From: Terriglobia bacterium
Lineage (GTDB): Bacteria > Acidobacteriota > Terriglobia > 2-12-FULL-54-10
Assembly (NCBI GenBank): GCA_963666975.2
Contig: CAXVYR010000003.1
Coordinates: 992,001 to 1,056,000 of the forward strand
Length of the DNA: 64,000 bases
Reading direction: 5' to 3'
The notes under the pieces were generated by a model. The model worked only from the letters and a program-made list of their open reading frames with translations, had not been told where the DNA came from and ran no database searches. The translations under genes and the position numbers were made by a program. Within the stretch, counting starts at the first letter, position 1. Every line of letters begins with the position of its first letter. Positions 10,451-21,357 of this stretch are shown piece by piece.

Positions 10451-11188
10451 ATGCTTCCCGCGGTCTTTGCCGTATTTCTTGCCCTGGCCCCCCAGTCTGG
10501 TGAGCGCATGGACTACGTGCTGTCGCAACTCGCCAGAAACGGCTTTTCGCGCCAGGAAGCCGAGGCGTTCTTCCAGGACCCCCGCCTGAAACTCTACCCG
10601 ACTCGAACCGTGCAGCCCCGGAAGATCGACTGGGATAAAATCATCGCCCGTTTGGTTTCGCCGGCGTCGGTGAAACGGGGAAAGAGCTTTCTCCTTCAGC
10701 ATCACGGCCCGTTGCTGGCAGCAGAGGAGAAATTCGGCGTTCCCAAAGGGGTGATCGCCGCACTACTGGGCCTGGAGAGCAACTTCGGCAAGAACACCGG
10801 CAGCTATATCACCTTCAACATTTTCTATACTGCTCTGCTGCGGCGCGAAGAGGAAAAACGGTGGAAATGGGCGGGCGATAATTTGGCGTCGCTGGCCGCT
10901 TATTGCCGGGACATCAACAGCGACTGCTTTGAAATCCAGGGCTCTTATGGCGGGGCGCTGGGCCCGGCGCAGTTTCTTCCGCAGTCTGTAGAAAATTTCG
11001 GTTATGACGGGAACGGGGACAGCCTCGTGAATCCGTTCGACATTCACGACGCCATTTTCAGCGCAGCCAATTTCCTGGTGAAACACGGCTGGCAGGAAGG
11101 CCACGCGAAAGCGCTGGGAAGATACTACGGCTCCAGCCAGGGCTATCCGCGCGCCGTTCTTGCCTACGCCGAGGCCATCCAGCAGTAG
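10451..11188 (+). CDS. Lytic murein transglycosylase (MltB/SLT_2 family)
   Basis: LES.FG catalytic Glu, GSYGGALGPAQFLP, EF-hand-like DGNGD, SAANFL; N-terminal signal peptide. Confidence 0.85.
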   Translation: MLPAVFAVFLALAPQSGERMDYVLSQLARNGFSRQEAEAFFQDPRLKLYPTRTVQPRKIDWDKIIARLVSPASVKRGKSFLLQHHGPLLAAEEKFGVPKGVIAALLGLESNFGKNTGSYITFNIFYTALLRREEEKRWKWAGDNLASLAAYCRDINSDCFEIQGSYGGALGPAQFLPQSVENFGYDGNGDSLVNPFDIHDAIFSAANFLVKHGWQEGHAKALGRYYGSSQGYPRAVLAYAEAIQQ

Positions 11189-11241
11189 CAGTTTCCGTCG
11201 AGCCCAATCCCGGCATCCCGCCGTCCACAATCGCATGGCGA

Positions 11242-13719
11242 TTAGAGGTCCAGCTTGCGCAGGCGCAAGGCGTTGGTGATGACGGAAACGGAACTGAACG
11301 TCATGGCGACGCTGGCGAAGATGGGGCTGAGCAGCAATCCAAAAACAGGATAGAGCACGCCCGCCGCTATGGGAACACCCACCGAGTTATAAATAAACGC
11401 GAAGAAAAGATTCTGGCGGATGTTGCGCATCGTGCCCCGGCTCAGACGCCGCGCGCGCGCAATGCCTCGCAGGTCGCCCTTCACCAGCGTCACCCCGGCG
11501 CTCTCCATCGCAATATCGGTCCCGGTGCCCATGGCGATTCCGACATGCGCCTGGGCCAGGGCCGGTGCGTCGTTGATGCCGTCGCCTGCCATGGCCACGA
11601 TGCGCCCCTCAGCCTGTAGCCGCTTGATCTCTTGGCTTTTTTGTTCCGGCAATACCCCCGCTCTCACCTCATCAATTCCCAGTGTTCGTGCCACGGCCTC
11701 CGCCGTGGTTTGATTGTCCCCGCTGAGCATCGCGATGCGGACTCCCTCCTGGTGCAGCATCCGGATCGCTTCCAGTGTTGTATCTTTTACCGGGTCGGCC
11801 ACGCTAACCAGTCCCGCCGAGCGGCCGTCGACAGCGAGAAACATCACCGTCTGACCGTCACGGCGCAGGGCCTCAGCACGGTCACCCAAAACCCCGACAT
11901 CAGCGCCCATCTCTTCCAGCAGCTTGCGGTTGCCCAGGACCACCCTTCGTCCATCAACCGTTCCCGTGACGCCCTTCCCCGTCACCGACTGGAAGTCGCC
12001 GACATCGGAGAGTTTCACTCCCCTTTCCCGCGCGCCCGCCAGGATAGCCGCTGCCAGGGGATGCTCGCTTCCCCGCTCCAGACTGGCGGCCAGGCGCAGG
12101 ACATCTTCTTCACTCCATCCCTCCAAAGCCGCTACGGAGGTGAGACGGGGCTTGCCCTCGGTCAGCGTGCCCGTCTTGTCCACTACCAGCGTATCCACTT
12201 TCTCCAAAATTTCCAGAGCTTCCGCGTTCCGGATCAGCACGCCCGCCCCCGCGCCTCGCCCGGTCCCCACCATGATGGACATCGGCGTAGCTAGTCCCAG
12301 CGCGCAAGGGCACGCAATGATGAGCACGGCCACGGCGCTGAGCAGCGCGTAGGCCATGCGCGGCTCCGGCCCTACCAAGCTCCAGACAATGAAGGTGATT
12401 ACGGCGACCGCCACCACGGCGGGCACGAAATAAGAGGCCACAACGTCCGCCAGCCGCTGGATCGGTGCGCGCGTGCGCTGGGCCTCGCTCACCATGCGCA
12501 CGATCTGGGCGAGCAGCGTGTCACTGCCGACGCGCTCGGCCCGCATCACCAAGCTGCCCGTTCCATTGATGGTGCCGCCGACCACGCGGCTTCCCTCAGC
12601 CTTCTCCGCAGGAATCGGCTCGCCGGTGACCATCGATTCATCGACAGCGCTTTTTCCCTCAACAACCACGCCATCCACCGGCACCTTCTCTCCAGGGCGA
12701 ACCCGGAGGCGGTCCCCAACCTGGACACGGTCCAGCGGGATGTCCTTCTCGGTCCCGTCGTCACCCAGCAAGCGGGCCGTCTTCGGGGCGAGACCCAAGA
12801 GAGCCTTGATGGCGCTCGATGTCCGGCTGCGGGCGCGAGTTTCGAGCACCTGCCCCAGAAGGACCAGCGTGGTAATCACTGCGGCCGCTTCAAAGTACAC
12901 CGCTACTTCCCCGCCCTCGCCTCGGAACGCCTCCGGGAAAATCCCTGGTGAGAGCGTAGCGACCACGCTGTATGTGTAGGCCGTCCCGGTGCCGATGGCG
13001 ATGAGCGTAAACATGTTCAGGCTGCGGTAAACGAACGAAGTCCAGCAACGCTGAAAGAAAGGCCAGCCGCCCCAGAGCACGACCGGTGTGGAGAGCGCGA
13101 ACTGAATCCAGTTGGCGGCGCTGTCGGAAAACAAGCGGCTGACCGGCTGGCCGGGAAACATGTCCGCCATCGCCAGCAGCAGCACCGGCACCGACAGCGC
13201 CAGGCTCACGCGGAAGCGGCGGGTCATGTTTACCAGTTCCGGGTTGACCTCCTCCTCCACCGTGGCCACTCGCGGTTCCAGCGCCATGCCGCAAACGGGG
13301 CAGGACCCCGGCTCCGCGCTCACCACCTCCGGGTGCATTGGACAAACGTACTCGGTCCTCGTCAAAGGAACCGCGCCAAGCATCGGCTCCAGCGCCATGC
13401 CGCATTTCGGGCATGGCCCAGGTCCTTCTTGCTGAACCTCCGGGTCCATGGGGCAAGTGTACAGGCTTGCTTTACCCGCAGGTTGCTTCGCTCCGGTCGC
13501 TGCGGGAGTTTCGAGCATAACGAGCCCCGCCGGTCGTCCCAGGAATTCCCCAGGTTCAGCGCGAAACTTCTCCATGCAGTGCGAACAGCAGAAGTAATAG
13601 GTCTGCCCTTCGTGCTCATGCCGGGCGGCGGCAGACTCCGGCTTTACATCCATGCCGCAGACCGGGTCCTTTACGGCTTGATCCTGTGCTGGGTGGTGAG
13701 CGTGTTCGTGGTGGCTCAT
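11242..13719 (-). CDS. copA: Cu(I)-translocating P1B-type ATPase with YHS and heavy-metal-binding (CPM) N-terminal domains
   Basis: [29 protein letters not shown]; DPVCGM YHS domain. Confidence 0.9.
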   Translation of the reverse strand: MSHHEHAHHPAQDQAVKDPVCGMDVKPESAAARHEHEGQTYYFCCSHCMEKFRAEPGEFLGRPAGLVMLETPAATGAKQPAGKASLYTCPMDPEVQQEGPGPCPKCGMALEPMLGAVPLTRTEYVCPMHPEVVSAEPGSCPVCGMALEPRVATVEEEVNPELVNMTRRFRVSLALSVPVLLLAMADMFPGQPVSRLFSDSAANWIQFALSTPVVLWGGWPFFQRCWTSFVYRSLNMFTLIAIGTGTAYTYSVVATLSPGIFPEAFRGEGGEVAVYFEAAAVITTLVLLGQVLETRARSRTSSAIKALLGLAPKTARLLGDDGTEKDIPLDRVQVGDRLRVRPGEKVPVDGVVVEGKSAVDESMVTGEPIPAEKAEGSRVVGGTINGTGSLVMRAERVGSDTLLAQIVRMVSEAQRTRAPIQRLADVVASYFVPAVVAVAVITFIVWSLVGPEPRMAYALLSAVAVLIIACPCALGLATPMSIMVGTGRGAGAGVLIRNAEALEILEKVDTLVVDKTGTLTEGKPRLTSVAALEGWSEEDVLRLAASLERGSEHPLAAAILAGARERGVKLSDVGDFQSVTGKGVTGTVDGRRVVLGNRKLLEEMGADVGVLGDRAEALRRDGQTVMFLAVDGRSAGLVSVADPVKDTTLEAIRMLHQEGVRIAMLSGDNQTTAEAVARTLGIDEVRAGVLPEQKSQEIKRLQAEGRIVAMAGDGINDAPALAQAHVGIAMGTGTDIAMESAGVTLVKGDLRGIARARRLSRGTMRNIRQNLFFAFIYNSVGVPIAAGVLYPVFGLLLSPIFASVAMTFSSVSVITNALRLRKLDL

Positions 13720-14166
13720 GGCAAGACCTCTACTACATTGTAGGGATCAAGTGTAATAGGCTACCACTGCGAATGCCAGAATGATAAAAATGATAAAAGA
13801 GAGTGGTTAACGTGGGTGGCGGGACATTTTAGAACTTCAGGCGGCGTTCCAGCAATTTCATTTTTCGTTTGGGAAGATCGCTGACCAGCTTCTGCCGCAT
13901 TCTGGCAAACCGATGGATAAAAAAACACCCTGCTACGACTGCCAGGTCCGCATTCCCAAGGGCGAGCAACCCTTTTCATTTCTTCCTGGCAATCACAACA
14001 GGGTGGTTTAGGTTTAACCAATCGTCTGTTTTGAACCGTCTATGGTTAAGCACGTCCATGCCCATTCCTGGACTCACGCCACTGGCGAAAAATCAATAAG
14101 TTAGCGGGCTAACCCTGCACACCGCCTGCCTTGCGCCGTATCGGATGGACTCGCACCGTGTCAAAA

Positions 14167-15546
14167 TTAAACAGTTCGCATCTTCTCGATCTTCCGGTAC
14201 AGCGTTTTCCTTTCGATCCCCAGTATCTCGGCAGCGCGCGTTTTATTCCCGTGAGTGGCTTCAAGCACTCTGCGGATATGTTCCTCTTCGGCCTCTGCCA
14301 AGCTATCGGACGACGGGGAATCCTTGCCGCCGGGGTCCAGGGCAGCCAGGGCGCTGCGGAAAGCCTGCTCGTCCACCACGCCTCCCGGATGGAGAATGGC
14401 CAGCCGCTCCAGTATGTTCAGCAGTTGGCGGATGTTGCCGGGCCAGTGATAACTGAGGGCCAGCTTCATGGCGTCAGGATCCAGGATGACTTGCCGCCGC
14501 AAGCGCCGCTGGAAAATTTCCAGGAAGTGCTCCACCAGCACGGCAATATCCTGGCTGCGCTCCCGAAGCGGCGGCAGGCCAATGGATGCGACGTTGAGGC
14601 GGTACCAGAGATCCTCGCGAAATTTCTTTTCCGCCACCAGGAGCCTCAGGTTGCGGTTGGTGGCCGCCAGCACACGGACGTTGACCGGGCGGGCCGTCGC
14701 GGAGCCCACCGGACGAATCTCGCGCTCCTGCAGGAACCGTAGCAGGCGCATTTGAAACGCCGGATCGATGTCGCCGATCTCATCCAGGAAGACCGTGCCC
14801 CCGTCGGCGCTTTCGAGCATTCCCATGCGGTCGCGGTCCGCGCCCGTATAGGCTCCGCGCACTGCTCCGAACAGCTCCGTTTCAAGAAGCGTGCCGGCCA
14901 GCGCGCCGCAATCGACAACGGCAAAGCGGCCTTTTCGCCGGGGACTGCTTTCATGGATCATCCGTGCCACCAGCTCCTTGCCCGTCCCCGTCTCCCCTTC
15001 CAGCAGCACGGTGGTATCCGCCTCCGCCACGCGGGAGACGAATTTGTACACCTCCACCATGGCAGGCGAGTTGCCGATCAGAGCAGGCAAAGAAGCATCG
15101 CTTGTGCCATCCGGCAAACCGGCAGATGCATCGGTGGCAGAAGCAGCCGATTGCGCCAAGGCGGCTTCCGCGTTCCTTACCGCCTGAACCATTCGCTCCA
15201 GCGAAAAGGGCTTTGAAATATAGTCGAAGGCTCCTTCGCGCGTCGCCTCCAGAACGGTCTCGAAAGACCCCTTGCCCGTTATCAGGATCACCGCACACTG
15301 GGGATTGAAGGCGCGCGCCCGCCGCAGAATATCGAGGCCGGTGCGCTCGTCCAGAAAGATGTCGGAGATGACGATAGGAAACTCGGTTGCCGCCAGATGT
15401 TCCAGAGCTTCTTCGCTGCTACGCGCCTCCCGAACCGGATAGCCTTCCGCATCGAGCAGCGTCTTGACCATCTCAGCGACGGCGGGATCATCTTCGACGA
15501 CTAGGATTAACGGCTTCATTACCTTTATTCGCGGTTCACCATTCAA
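14167..15546 (-). CDS. Sigma54-dependent response regulator (NtrC/AtoC family)
   Basis: Receiver domain, GETGTGKE, GAYTGA, FLDEIG, WPGNIR, Fis-type HTH. Confidence 0.93.
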   Translation of the reverse strand: MNGEPRIKVMKPLILVVEDDPAVAEMVKTLLDAEGYPVREARSSEEALEHLAATEFPIVISDIFLDERTGLDILRRARAFNPQCAVILITGKGSFETVLEATREGAFDYISKPFSLERMVQAVRNAEAALAQSAASATDASAGLPDGTSDASLPALIGNSPAMVEVYKFVSRVAEADTTVLLEGETGTGKELVARMIHESSPRRKGRFAVVDCGALAGTLLETELFGAVRGAYTGADRDRMGMLESADGGTVFLDEIGDIDPAFQMRLLRFLQEREIRPVGSATARPVNVRVLAATNRNLRLLVAEKKFREDLWYRLNVASIGLPPLRERSQDIAVLVEHFLEIFQRRLRRQVILDPDAMKLALSYHWPGNIRQLLNILERLAILHPGGVVDEQAFRSALAALDPGGKDSPSSDSLAEAEEEHIRRVLEATHGNKTRAAEILGIERKTLYRKIEKMRTV

Positions 15547-15563
15547 AATTCAAAGTTCAAAGT

Positions 15564-17534
15564 TCACCGGGCAACTTGATCCTGCCTGCCTTGTGTATCC
15601 GGCCGCGGAGTGCCTGCCCGGAGCGGCGCTGCCGGGAGAAAAATAGAAAAGCGGGAGCCTGCTCCAGGCTTTGTCTCGAGCTTCACGTCCCCGCCATGAT
15701 GGCGGGCGATCTCCCGCGCGATGGCAAGCCCCAAGCCGAAGCCGGGCGTTGCGGAATGCTCAGCCGTCTTGGTGCGAAAAAAGCGGCCAAAGACCCGGCT
15801 GCTTTCCTCCTGGGTCATACCCGGCCCGCTGTCAGAGATATGCACGGCGACGCGGGTGGCCTGGCGCTCCAGCGAGAAACGCACGGAGTTTCCCGCAGGA
15901 CTATATTTCACTGCGTTGGTTAGCAGGTTGCTCACAGCAAACTCCAACAGCTCCGGGTCGGCTTCGATGACCATTTCGGAAACCACATCTTCCCGGACCA
16001 GTCGCACCTGCTTTCGCTCAGCCAGCGGACGAAGGCGGTCAACGGTCATCTCCAGAACAGAAACAAGATTCACCGCGACCCGTTGCAACTCCATTTCTCC
16101 CGCCGCGAGCCTCTCCACGCTCAAGAACCGTTCCACCAACTTGCCCAGTCGCTGCGACTCCTGGTAAATAAGATCGACGATCTGTTTTCGCTTGGCTTCG
16201 TCCAAAGGGTACCGGCTGAGCAACTCGCTGGAGCCCTGAATGGCCGTCAGAGGCGAGCGGATCTCGTGAGTGGCCATTTCAAACTGCTGCTGCGATCGCT
16301 GCCGTCTGGCCTCCGATTCGGTGAATTTCCGGCGCGCTGAGAACAGTTGGTATGCACCGCACCCCACCAGAGTGGTCCCGAACGGCAGCCACAGCGAAAA
16401 CGCGGGCCACACATGCCCGGCGAGGAAAAGCCGGTAGGGGACAAGCAGAATCAGCAAACCGAATCCGGTTAACAGACCCACCAGCCGGAAACCTTGGAAG
16501 CGGGCCAGCACCCAGGCGGTTGCCAGCGCGATCCCGAACACCGCCAACAACACATTGAAATCGCCCGCGGGCCGCAGGTAATCCTCCGTCAGTAGGGTGC
16601 GCAGAATGTTGGCGTGAATCTCCACGCCCGCCATTCCCAACCCCGCCGAGAAGGGAGTAAACAGCCGGTCTCCCGTAGCCTGGGCCGTTACGCCGAGCAG
16701 AACGATCTTGCCGCGCAGCCGGTCCTCTCCAATTCCATCTTCTTCCAACAAAAGGCTTGCCAGACTAACCTGCGGAAAGGTTCCTTCGCCTCCGGCGTAG
16801 TTGATCAGCAGGGACCGCTGCCCGCGCCGCGTAGCCGGCACCTGCACGACGCCTTGAGGAAAATCGCGGGCGGCTGGGCTGTCCTCCCTAGCTTGAACGA
16901 GTGCTTTGCCGTCAACAGCCACCTCCAGCGCTCGGTCGGTCTCCGTGACCGGCTCGCCCGGCGCGCCGAGCAAGAGCCGGTAACATTCCAGTGCCAGGGC
17001 CCAATAACGCTGCCCGTCCCCCTGCTTTGCCAGCAGCACTTGCCGGTTGATGCCGTCCGAACCGGGGTCGGCGTGAGCATGCCCCAAAGCGTCGGCTTGC
17101 TCAGCAAATTCGGGCAATGGGTGGAGCCATCTCCTTCCGCTGCCCGCCTCCAAAGCTGTGGTGAGCACCACGGGAGCCGCCCCGGCCAGGACGCGCGCTA
17201 AATCACTGTCGGCTTCCGAAGTGGAGCGATCTACCAGCAGAAGGTCAACGGCAAGGAGACGCGGGCGGGCCTGCTGAATTTTCTGAATGCCTTGCGCCAG
17301 TAAAGAGCGATCCAGAGGCAAGGCGCCATAACGAGCCAGCGTGGCATCGTCGATGGCGACAATGACGATATTCTCTCCGGCAGTCCGCGCGCCGCGCTGC
17401 CGGAAGAACCGGTCATAGAAGATATGGTTGATCCGGCCAGCGTAGGCACTCCATCCGAGAAGTATCGAGAAGGCTAGACAAACAAACGCCAGTCCTGTGT
17501 ATGCCAGCACTTGCTTGGAAAGGCGATTCATCAT
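15564..17534 (-). CDS. CHASE2-domain sensor histidine kinase
   Basis: IVIVAIDD / GVEIHA CHASE2 motifs, three TM segments, HEIRSPL H-box, NAVKYS, G boxes. Confidence 0.9.
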   Translation of the reverse strand: MMNRLSKQVLAYTGLAFVCLAFSILLGWSAYAGRINHIFYDRFFRQRGARTAGENIVIVAIDDATLARYGALPLDRSLLAQGIQKIQQARPRLLAVDLLLVDRSTSEADSDLARVLAGAAPVVLTTALEAGSGRRWLHPLPEFAEQADALGHAHADPGSDGINRQVLLAKQGDGQRYWALALECYRLLLGAPGEPVTETDRALEVAVDGKALVQAREDSPAARDFPQGVVQVPATRRGQRSLLINYAGGEGTFPQVSLASLLLEEDGIGEDRLRGKIVLLGVTAQATGDRLFTPFSAGLGMAGVEIHANILRTLLTEDYLRPAGDFNVLLAVFGIALATAWVLARFQGFRLVGLLTGFGLLILLVPYRLFLAGHVWPAFSLWLPFGTTLVGCGAYQLFSARRKFTESEARRQRSQQQFEMATHEIRSPLTAIQGSSELLSRYPLDEAKRKQIVDLIYQESQRLGKLVERFLSVERLAAGEMELQRVAVNLVSVLEMTVDRLRPLAERKQVRLVREDVVSEMVIEADPELLEFAVSNLLTNAVKYSPAGNSVRFSLERQATRVAVHISDSGPGMTQEESSRVFGRFFRTKTAEHSATPGFGLGLAIAREIARHHGGDVKLETKPGAGSRFSIFLPAAPLRAGTPRPDTQGRQDQVAR

Positions 17535-17913
17535 GAGGTTTCGACACGCAGTAAACTTTCATCTTATCAAAAAACGGACTGTCACTCAGGCTGTCAATGG
17601 CTGATCTGCCGGAGGTTCCCGCCCAGCAGACAAAAGGGCGCTGCTTCCCTAAAAAACAAAAGGGCTGGTGAACACCACCAGCCCCCTGCAAAACGCACTG
17701 AAGTCCATCCCCCCGGCGTCCTTCAGTTCGGTTTCACAGCCAAACGGCCTTCACTTTAACGGTGCGAATCTTTTGAGGCAATGGACCGATGGTCACATTT
17801 CCGATAGTGCAAACGTACTATTAGTCCTAATACCACTATCAATGGTCCCGTTACTTCTATGCTGGGAGGAAGTCTCCTCAATTGCTCTTAAGCATCCCGC
17901 ATTCCTGCGCTTT

Positions 17914-18747
17914 TCAAAATTTGTCCATCAATCGCTTGGCCTGCTGAAACTTTGGGAAGCGGCGCTCCTCCGCCCGGAACAGCGCGGAGTGGACGCAGCG
18001 CTGGCCACGGCGGCTGACCACCGGATGTTTGAGGTGCAGCATCTCGTGATACAGGATGTATTCTACAAGGAATGGGGGCGTCCCGGGCCGGTCGAAGATT
18101 TTGCTGATGATGATGGCGTTGTGCGCAGAGTCATAGTGCCCCAGAGCAGTGCGTGAGGCAGTCCGGCTCCAGCTCAATTGCGGGCGTCCCAAAAGACCGT
18201 GAAAGTACTCCCGGTTGAGTTTCTCGAATATCGTTTCCAGGTCATAGTGCCCCAGAGCAGTGCGTGAGGCAGTCCGGCTCCAGCTCAATTGCGGGCGTCC
18301 CAAAAGACCGTGAAAGTACTCCCGGTTGAGTTTCTCGAATATCGTTTCCAGGTTGAAGTGCCTTCCCTGCGGGACGCCGAGGTGCTTGCGTCCGCGAGTC
18401 CGCCGAATCCAGTGCACTTTCCGGCGCACTGCGCGGCTGTTCAAAAACAGCCGGTAACGGGTACGGTAGCGCGCCGGGATGGGTCGCCGGTACAGTTTCG
18501 CTATCAGGATGACCGCAATGGCCTCCAGCACCGGCTGCGGCGCTCCTTCGAGCAAATCTGAAATGCCAACCAGAACTTTGCCATCGCGAATCCGGATGAA
18601 GTGGTTTACGTCGGCATAAGGACGAAATGCGACATCAAACTCCGGAACCGGAGTCCGGGGCCGCAAGGTATGAAAGACTTCCTTGAAAATGGTTTTCGCC
18701 GAGAGTTTCACGCGGCGGGCTACTCGCGGGGTTTTTGATACAGTCAA
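17914..18747 (-). CDS. SprT/YgjP-like zinc metallopeptidase containing an exact 37-aa internal duplication
   Basis: HEMLH motif followed by H..F; 'FEKLNREYF' SprT-like segment present twice. Confidence 0.75.
   Translation of the reverse strand: MTVSKTPRVARRVKLSAKTIFKEVFHTLRPRTPVPEFDVAFRPYADVNHFIRIRDGKVLVGISDLLEGAPQPVLEAIAVILIAKLYRRPIPARYRTRYRLFLNSRAVRRKVHWIRRTRGRKHLGVPQGRHFNLETIFEKLNREYFHGLLGRPQLSWSRTASRTALGHYDLETIFEKLNREYFHGLLGRPQLSWSRTASRTALGHYDSAHNAIIISKIFDRPGTPPFLVEYILYHEMLHLKHPVVSRRGQRCVHSALFRAEERRFPKFQQAKRLMDKF
18130..18351. repeat. Exact 111-bp tandem duplication (2 copies)
   Basis: 18130-18240 is identical to 18241-18351. Confidence 0.95.
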
Positions 18748-18750
18748 AGC

Positions 18751-19335
18751 TCAGCGAACCCGCCGGCTTTTTCGCGGTGGAGCTTCTTCCCGGCCAGGCT
18801 GGTCCGAGACGGGGGGTGGCTTGGAAGGAAATTGTGTAGGAGGCTTCCTGCCTTTCACCTCCGGAAACGAGCCTTCTTTGGCCACGGCTATTTCCTCCCG
18901 GGTCATCGCGATGGCTTCCTCCAGTGTGAACTGGTAATCGTCCAGATTCTTCTGAGAACCGGCCTGCAAAGATTCCAAATAGCTCAAAAATTTCGCGGCC
19001 TGCTTTTCCATCTCTTTCAGGCTCTTGCCGATCCGGGCCCGGCTTTCCCTGCCGTTTTCGACACTTCCTTCCAATGCATCCAGGATGTCGATATACTCCT
19101 GTAGATTTTCCCGAATCGCCCGTCCCGACTTCGGCTTCCGGAAAGCGATATTCTGCTCGACGACATCCAGACGCCGCTGGGCAAATTCCAAATAAAGAAT
19201 GATCCTCTTAGCAGGCTCCTGGGCGTCCCGGACCTGGCCGATTTCCGCGGTGGAGAGGAATTCATCTCCCCCTCGCAAGGAAGTTCCCCACCCCAAGATT
19301 CCGAGAGCCAGCAGGAGAAACACGGCGCTCTTCAT
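18751..19335 (-). CDS. Secreted helical hypothetical protein
   Basis: Signal-peptide-like N-terminus; operonic overlap with upstream ORF. Confidence 0.7.
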   Translation of the reverse strand: MKSAVFLLLALGILGWGTSLRGGDEFLSTAEIGQVRDAQEPAKRIILYLEFAQRRLDVVEQNIAFRKPKSGRAIRENLQEYIDILDALEGSVENGRESRARIGKSLKEMEKQAAKFLSYLESLQAGSQKNLDDYQFTLEEAIAMTREEIAVAKEGSFPEVKGRKPPTQFPSKPPPVSDQPGREEAPPRKSRRVR

Positions 19336-19838
19336 TTTCTTGCCGATTCATCGCGAGGATTCATGATGGTGTAAAGAATCTCCTCGCGCAAAATGGTAAC
19401 CTTCTCGGCTGCTTTTTCCACGGGCATCCGATCCATGACGGAAAGGCTCATCTGGAGATTGTTGAGATCCCGCTCGTGCCGCCGCAGGTGGATTTCGGCT
19501 CGCTTGGAGTACCCGGTGTCGGAAGCGCTCCTCACCGCTTGCACTAGAAGATCCACTGCAGAGAGATACTGCCCGAGTGCTTTCTTCTCTTTTTCGAAGT
19601 TCCCGGTATCGTAAGCGGACCGCATCAGCTGCAGACGCATGTCGGTCAGCTTAATCGCTATCTTGACACGGTTTTTGGGCTTCGACTCCCGGCTATATTT
19701 CTGCTCCAGCAGGAAGGGTGCATTTTCATTTGGCGCGCCCTTTCCATCAAGCGCGGAGAGACTTGCGACGTTCCCGGAAAGCAAAACCCAAACTGCCGCT
19801 GCTGAAATAACGCTTTTCACAGTCATCACTCCTCGCAC
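19332..19838 (-). CDS. Secreted helical hypothetical protein, weak paralogue of 18751-19335
   Basis: Signal peptide; similar R..I.....RL / L.QY...D.L helical pattern. Confidence 0.65.
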   Translation of the reverse strand: MRGVMTVKSVISAAAVWVLLSGNVASLSALDGKGAPNENAPFLLEQKYSRESKPKNRVKIAIKLTDMRLQLMRSAYDTGNFEKEKKALGQYLSAVDLLVQAVRSASDTGYSKRAEIHLRRHERDLNNLQMSLSVMDRMPVEKAAEKVTILREEILYTIMNPRDESARK

Positions 19839-19923
19839 TGGCTCTTAGTATATAGTTTTTCTAACCGCCAAAAAAGACGCTTCTTTGCCGGCGGTCCCAG
19901 CCAAAAACCGCCGCCCGAAGCCC

Positions 19924-21303
19924 CTACTTCAGTTCGAGAGTAAGCACCTTGATTCTCTCGCGGGCCTGGAACTGTTGATCGGGATTTTTCCCTTCCTCCA
20001 GTTCGAGAAAGCGCTGGTAGTTCTCCAAAGCCGCATCGAGAACTCGCAGCTTGTCCAGGCTGATGGCGCGCAAAAAGTAGGTGCCGGCCGTATCTTTGTT
20101 GAGCGCGGCAACTTTTTCCAGCGCCTTCACCGTAGCTCCGTAGTTCTCTAAGAGGTATAACGCCGACGCTAAATTCGTATAACCTTCCACCTGCTCCGGA
20201 CGGAGCTTCGTAACCTGGAAGAAGGCTTCCGCCGCCCTTTGGTACTCTTTTTTATCCATCTGTAATCTACCATAGAGCAGATACCATTCGGCATCACTCT
20301 TTGCATCGCCCGCAACATGGTCCTGAGCCCTGCTCTGCGCCTGACCCAGCATCACCTGAAGCAACGCTTCCGCTTTCTCTGTCTCTTGACCCAGTAGATA
20401 GACCTGCACCAACGTTTCAGCCAATTCCCGGCCGGTGTCGCCAGCTGCTCGGACCGCCTCGAACTGTTCAGCCGCGGCCGCGAAACGCTCTCGGCGAATA
20501 TATATTTGCCCCAGCCTTCGCCGCAGGCCATTTCGTCCGGGATGTGCTTCCAGATGGCGAAGATAAATCGCTGCTGCCTCGTCCAGTGTGTCAGCCCCCT
20601 CTGCCGCGCGTGCTTCCAGCAACCCCGCCAAGCGCAGCCGTGCATCATCCAGTGAAGAGTCTATATCCAAGGCACGACGCAGTTGCTGTTCCGCCGCAGC
20701 CGCGTCCGTCTCCGCCAGCAGTTCCGCAAGGGCCAGCAGAGCCTGCACATGGTCCGGCTTGAGCTTCAAAACCTTTTCGTAAGTCTCGCGAGCCTCCTGC
20801 ATCCGCCCGACCGATGCCAGAGCTTCCGCTAAATTGAAATGGGTGGGGACATCGAGCGGCTCTTTCCCGGCGACGAACTGGAGGTGGTCCACAGCCTCGG
20901 CGGCGTTGTCATCCTGGAGTAACAAGATGCCCAGGTTCCGGTGCGCCGCGGTCAATTCCTTCTCCCGCGACAATACATTCTGATACAGGCGAATCGCTTC
21001 GGCACGGCGTCCGGTCAGGCTATAGGCAAACGCAAGATTAAATTCCGCCCGGTAATCTTCCGGTTGACCGGCAAGGTAGGTTTCGAGCATCGTCGCAGCC
21101 GCGGTGTAATCTTCTTTTTGCAAAGCAGCGTCGGCTTGCTGGAGAAGCTCTTCGGCAGACTGCGTAAAAGCGGGTGCTGTAAGAACAAAAAAGGCCATGA
21201 TCACCGCTGCAAGTCTGCGGCAAAAACCAGGGTCTTTTCGGACGGAATTGCTGTTCCTCAGCATCTTCTTCCCTGCTCCGAATCCACCTGCATAATAACC
21301 CAA
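19924..21303 (-). CDS. Exported tetratricopeptide-repeat protein (start uncertain)
   Basis: Multiple TPR consensus repeats (FNLA, NLG, Y.NLA); signal peptide. Confidence 0.85.
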   Translation of the reverse strand: MGYYAGGFGAGKKMLRNSNSVRKDPGFCRRLAAVIMAFFVLTAPAFTQSAEELLQQADAALQKEDYTAAATMLETYLAGQPEDYRAEFNLAFAYSLTGRRAEAIRLYQNVLSREKELTAAHRNLGILLLQDDNAAEAVDHLQFVAGKEPLDVPTHFNLAEALASVGRMQEARETYEKVLKLKPDHVQALLALAELLAETDAAAAEQQLRRALDIDSSLDDARLRLAGLLEARAAEGADTLDEAAAIYLRHLEAHPGRNGLRRRLGQIYIRRERFAAAAEQFEAVRAAGDTGRELAETLVQVYLLGQETEKAEALLQVMLGQAQSRAQDHVAGDAKSDAEWYLLYGRLQMDKKEYQRAAEAFFQVTKLRPEQVEGYTNLASALYLLENYGATVKALEKVAALNKDTAGTYFLRAISLDKLRVLDAALENYQRFLELEEGKNPDQQFQARERIKVLTLELK

Positions 21304-21357
21304 GAGGCGTTCACAATTGCCCGCAACTTGCCGGCTCTATCTTCCTCGGCAGCGGCA

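Noticed and set aside
14048-14066. Sigma54 -24/-12 promoter upstream of copA
   Set aside because: GG-N10-GC spacing is possible but the match to TGGCAC-N5-TTGC is poor
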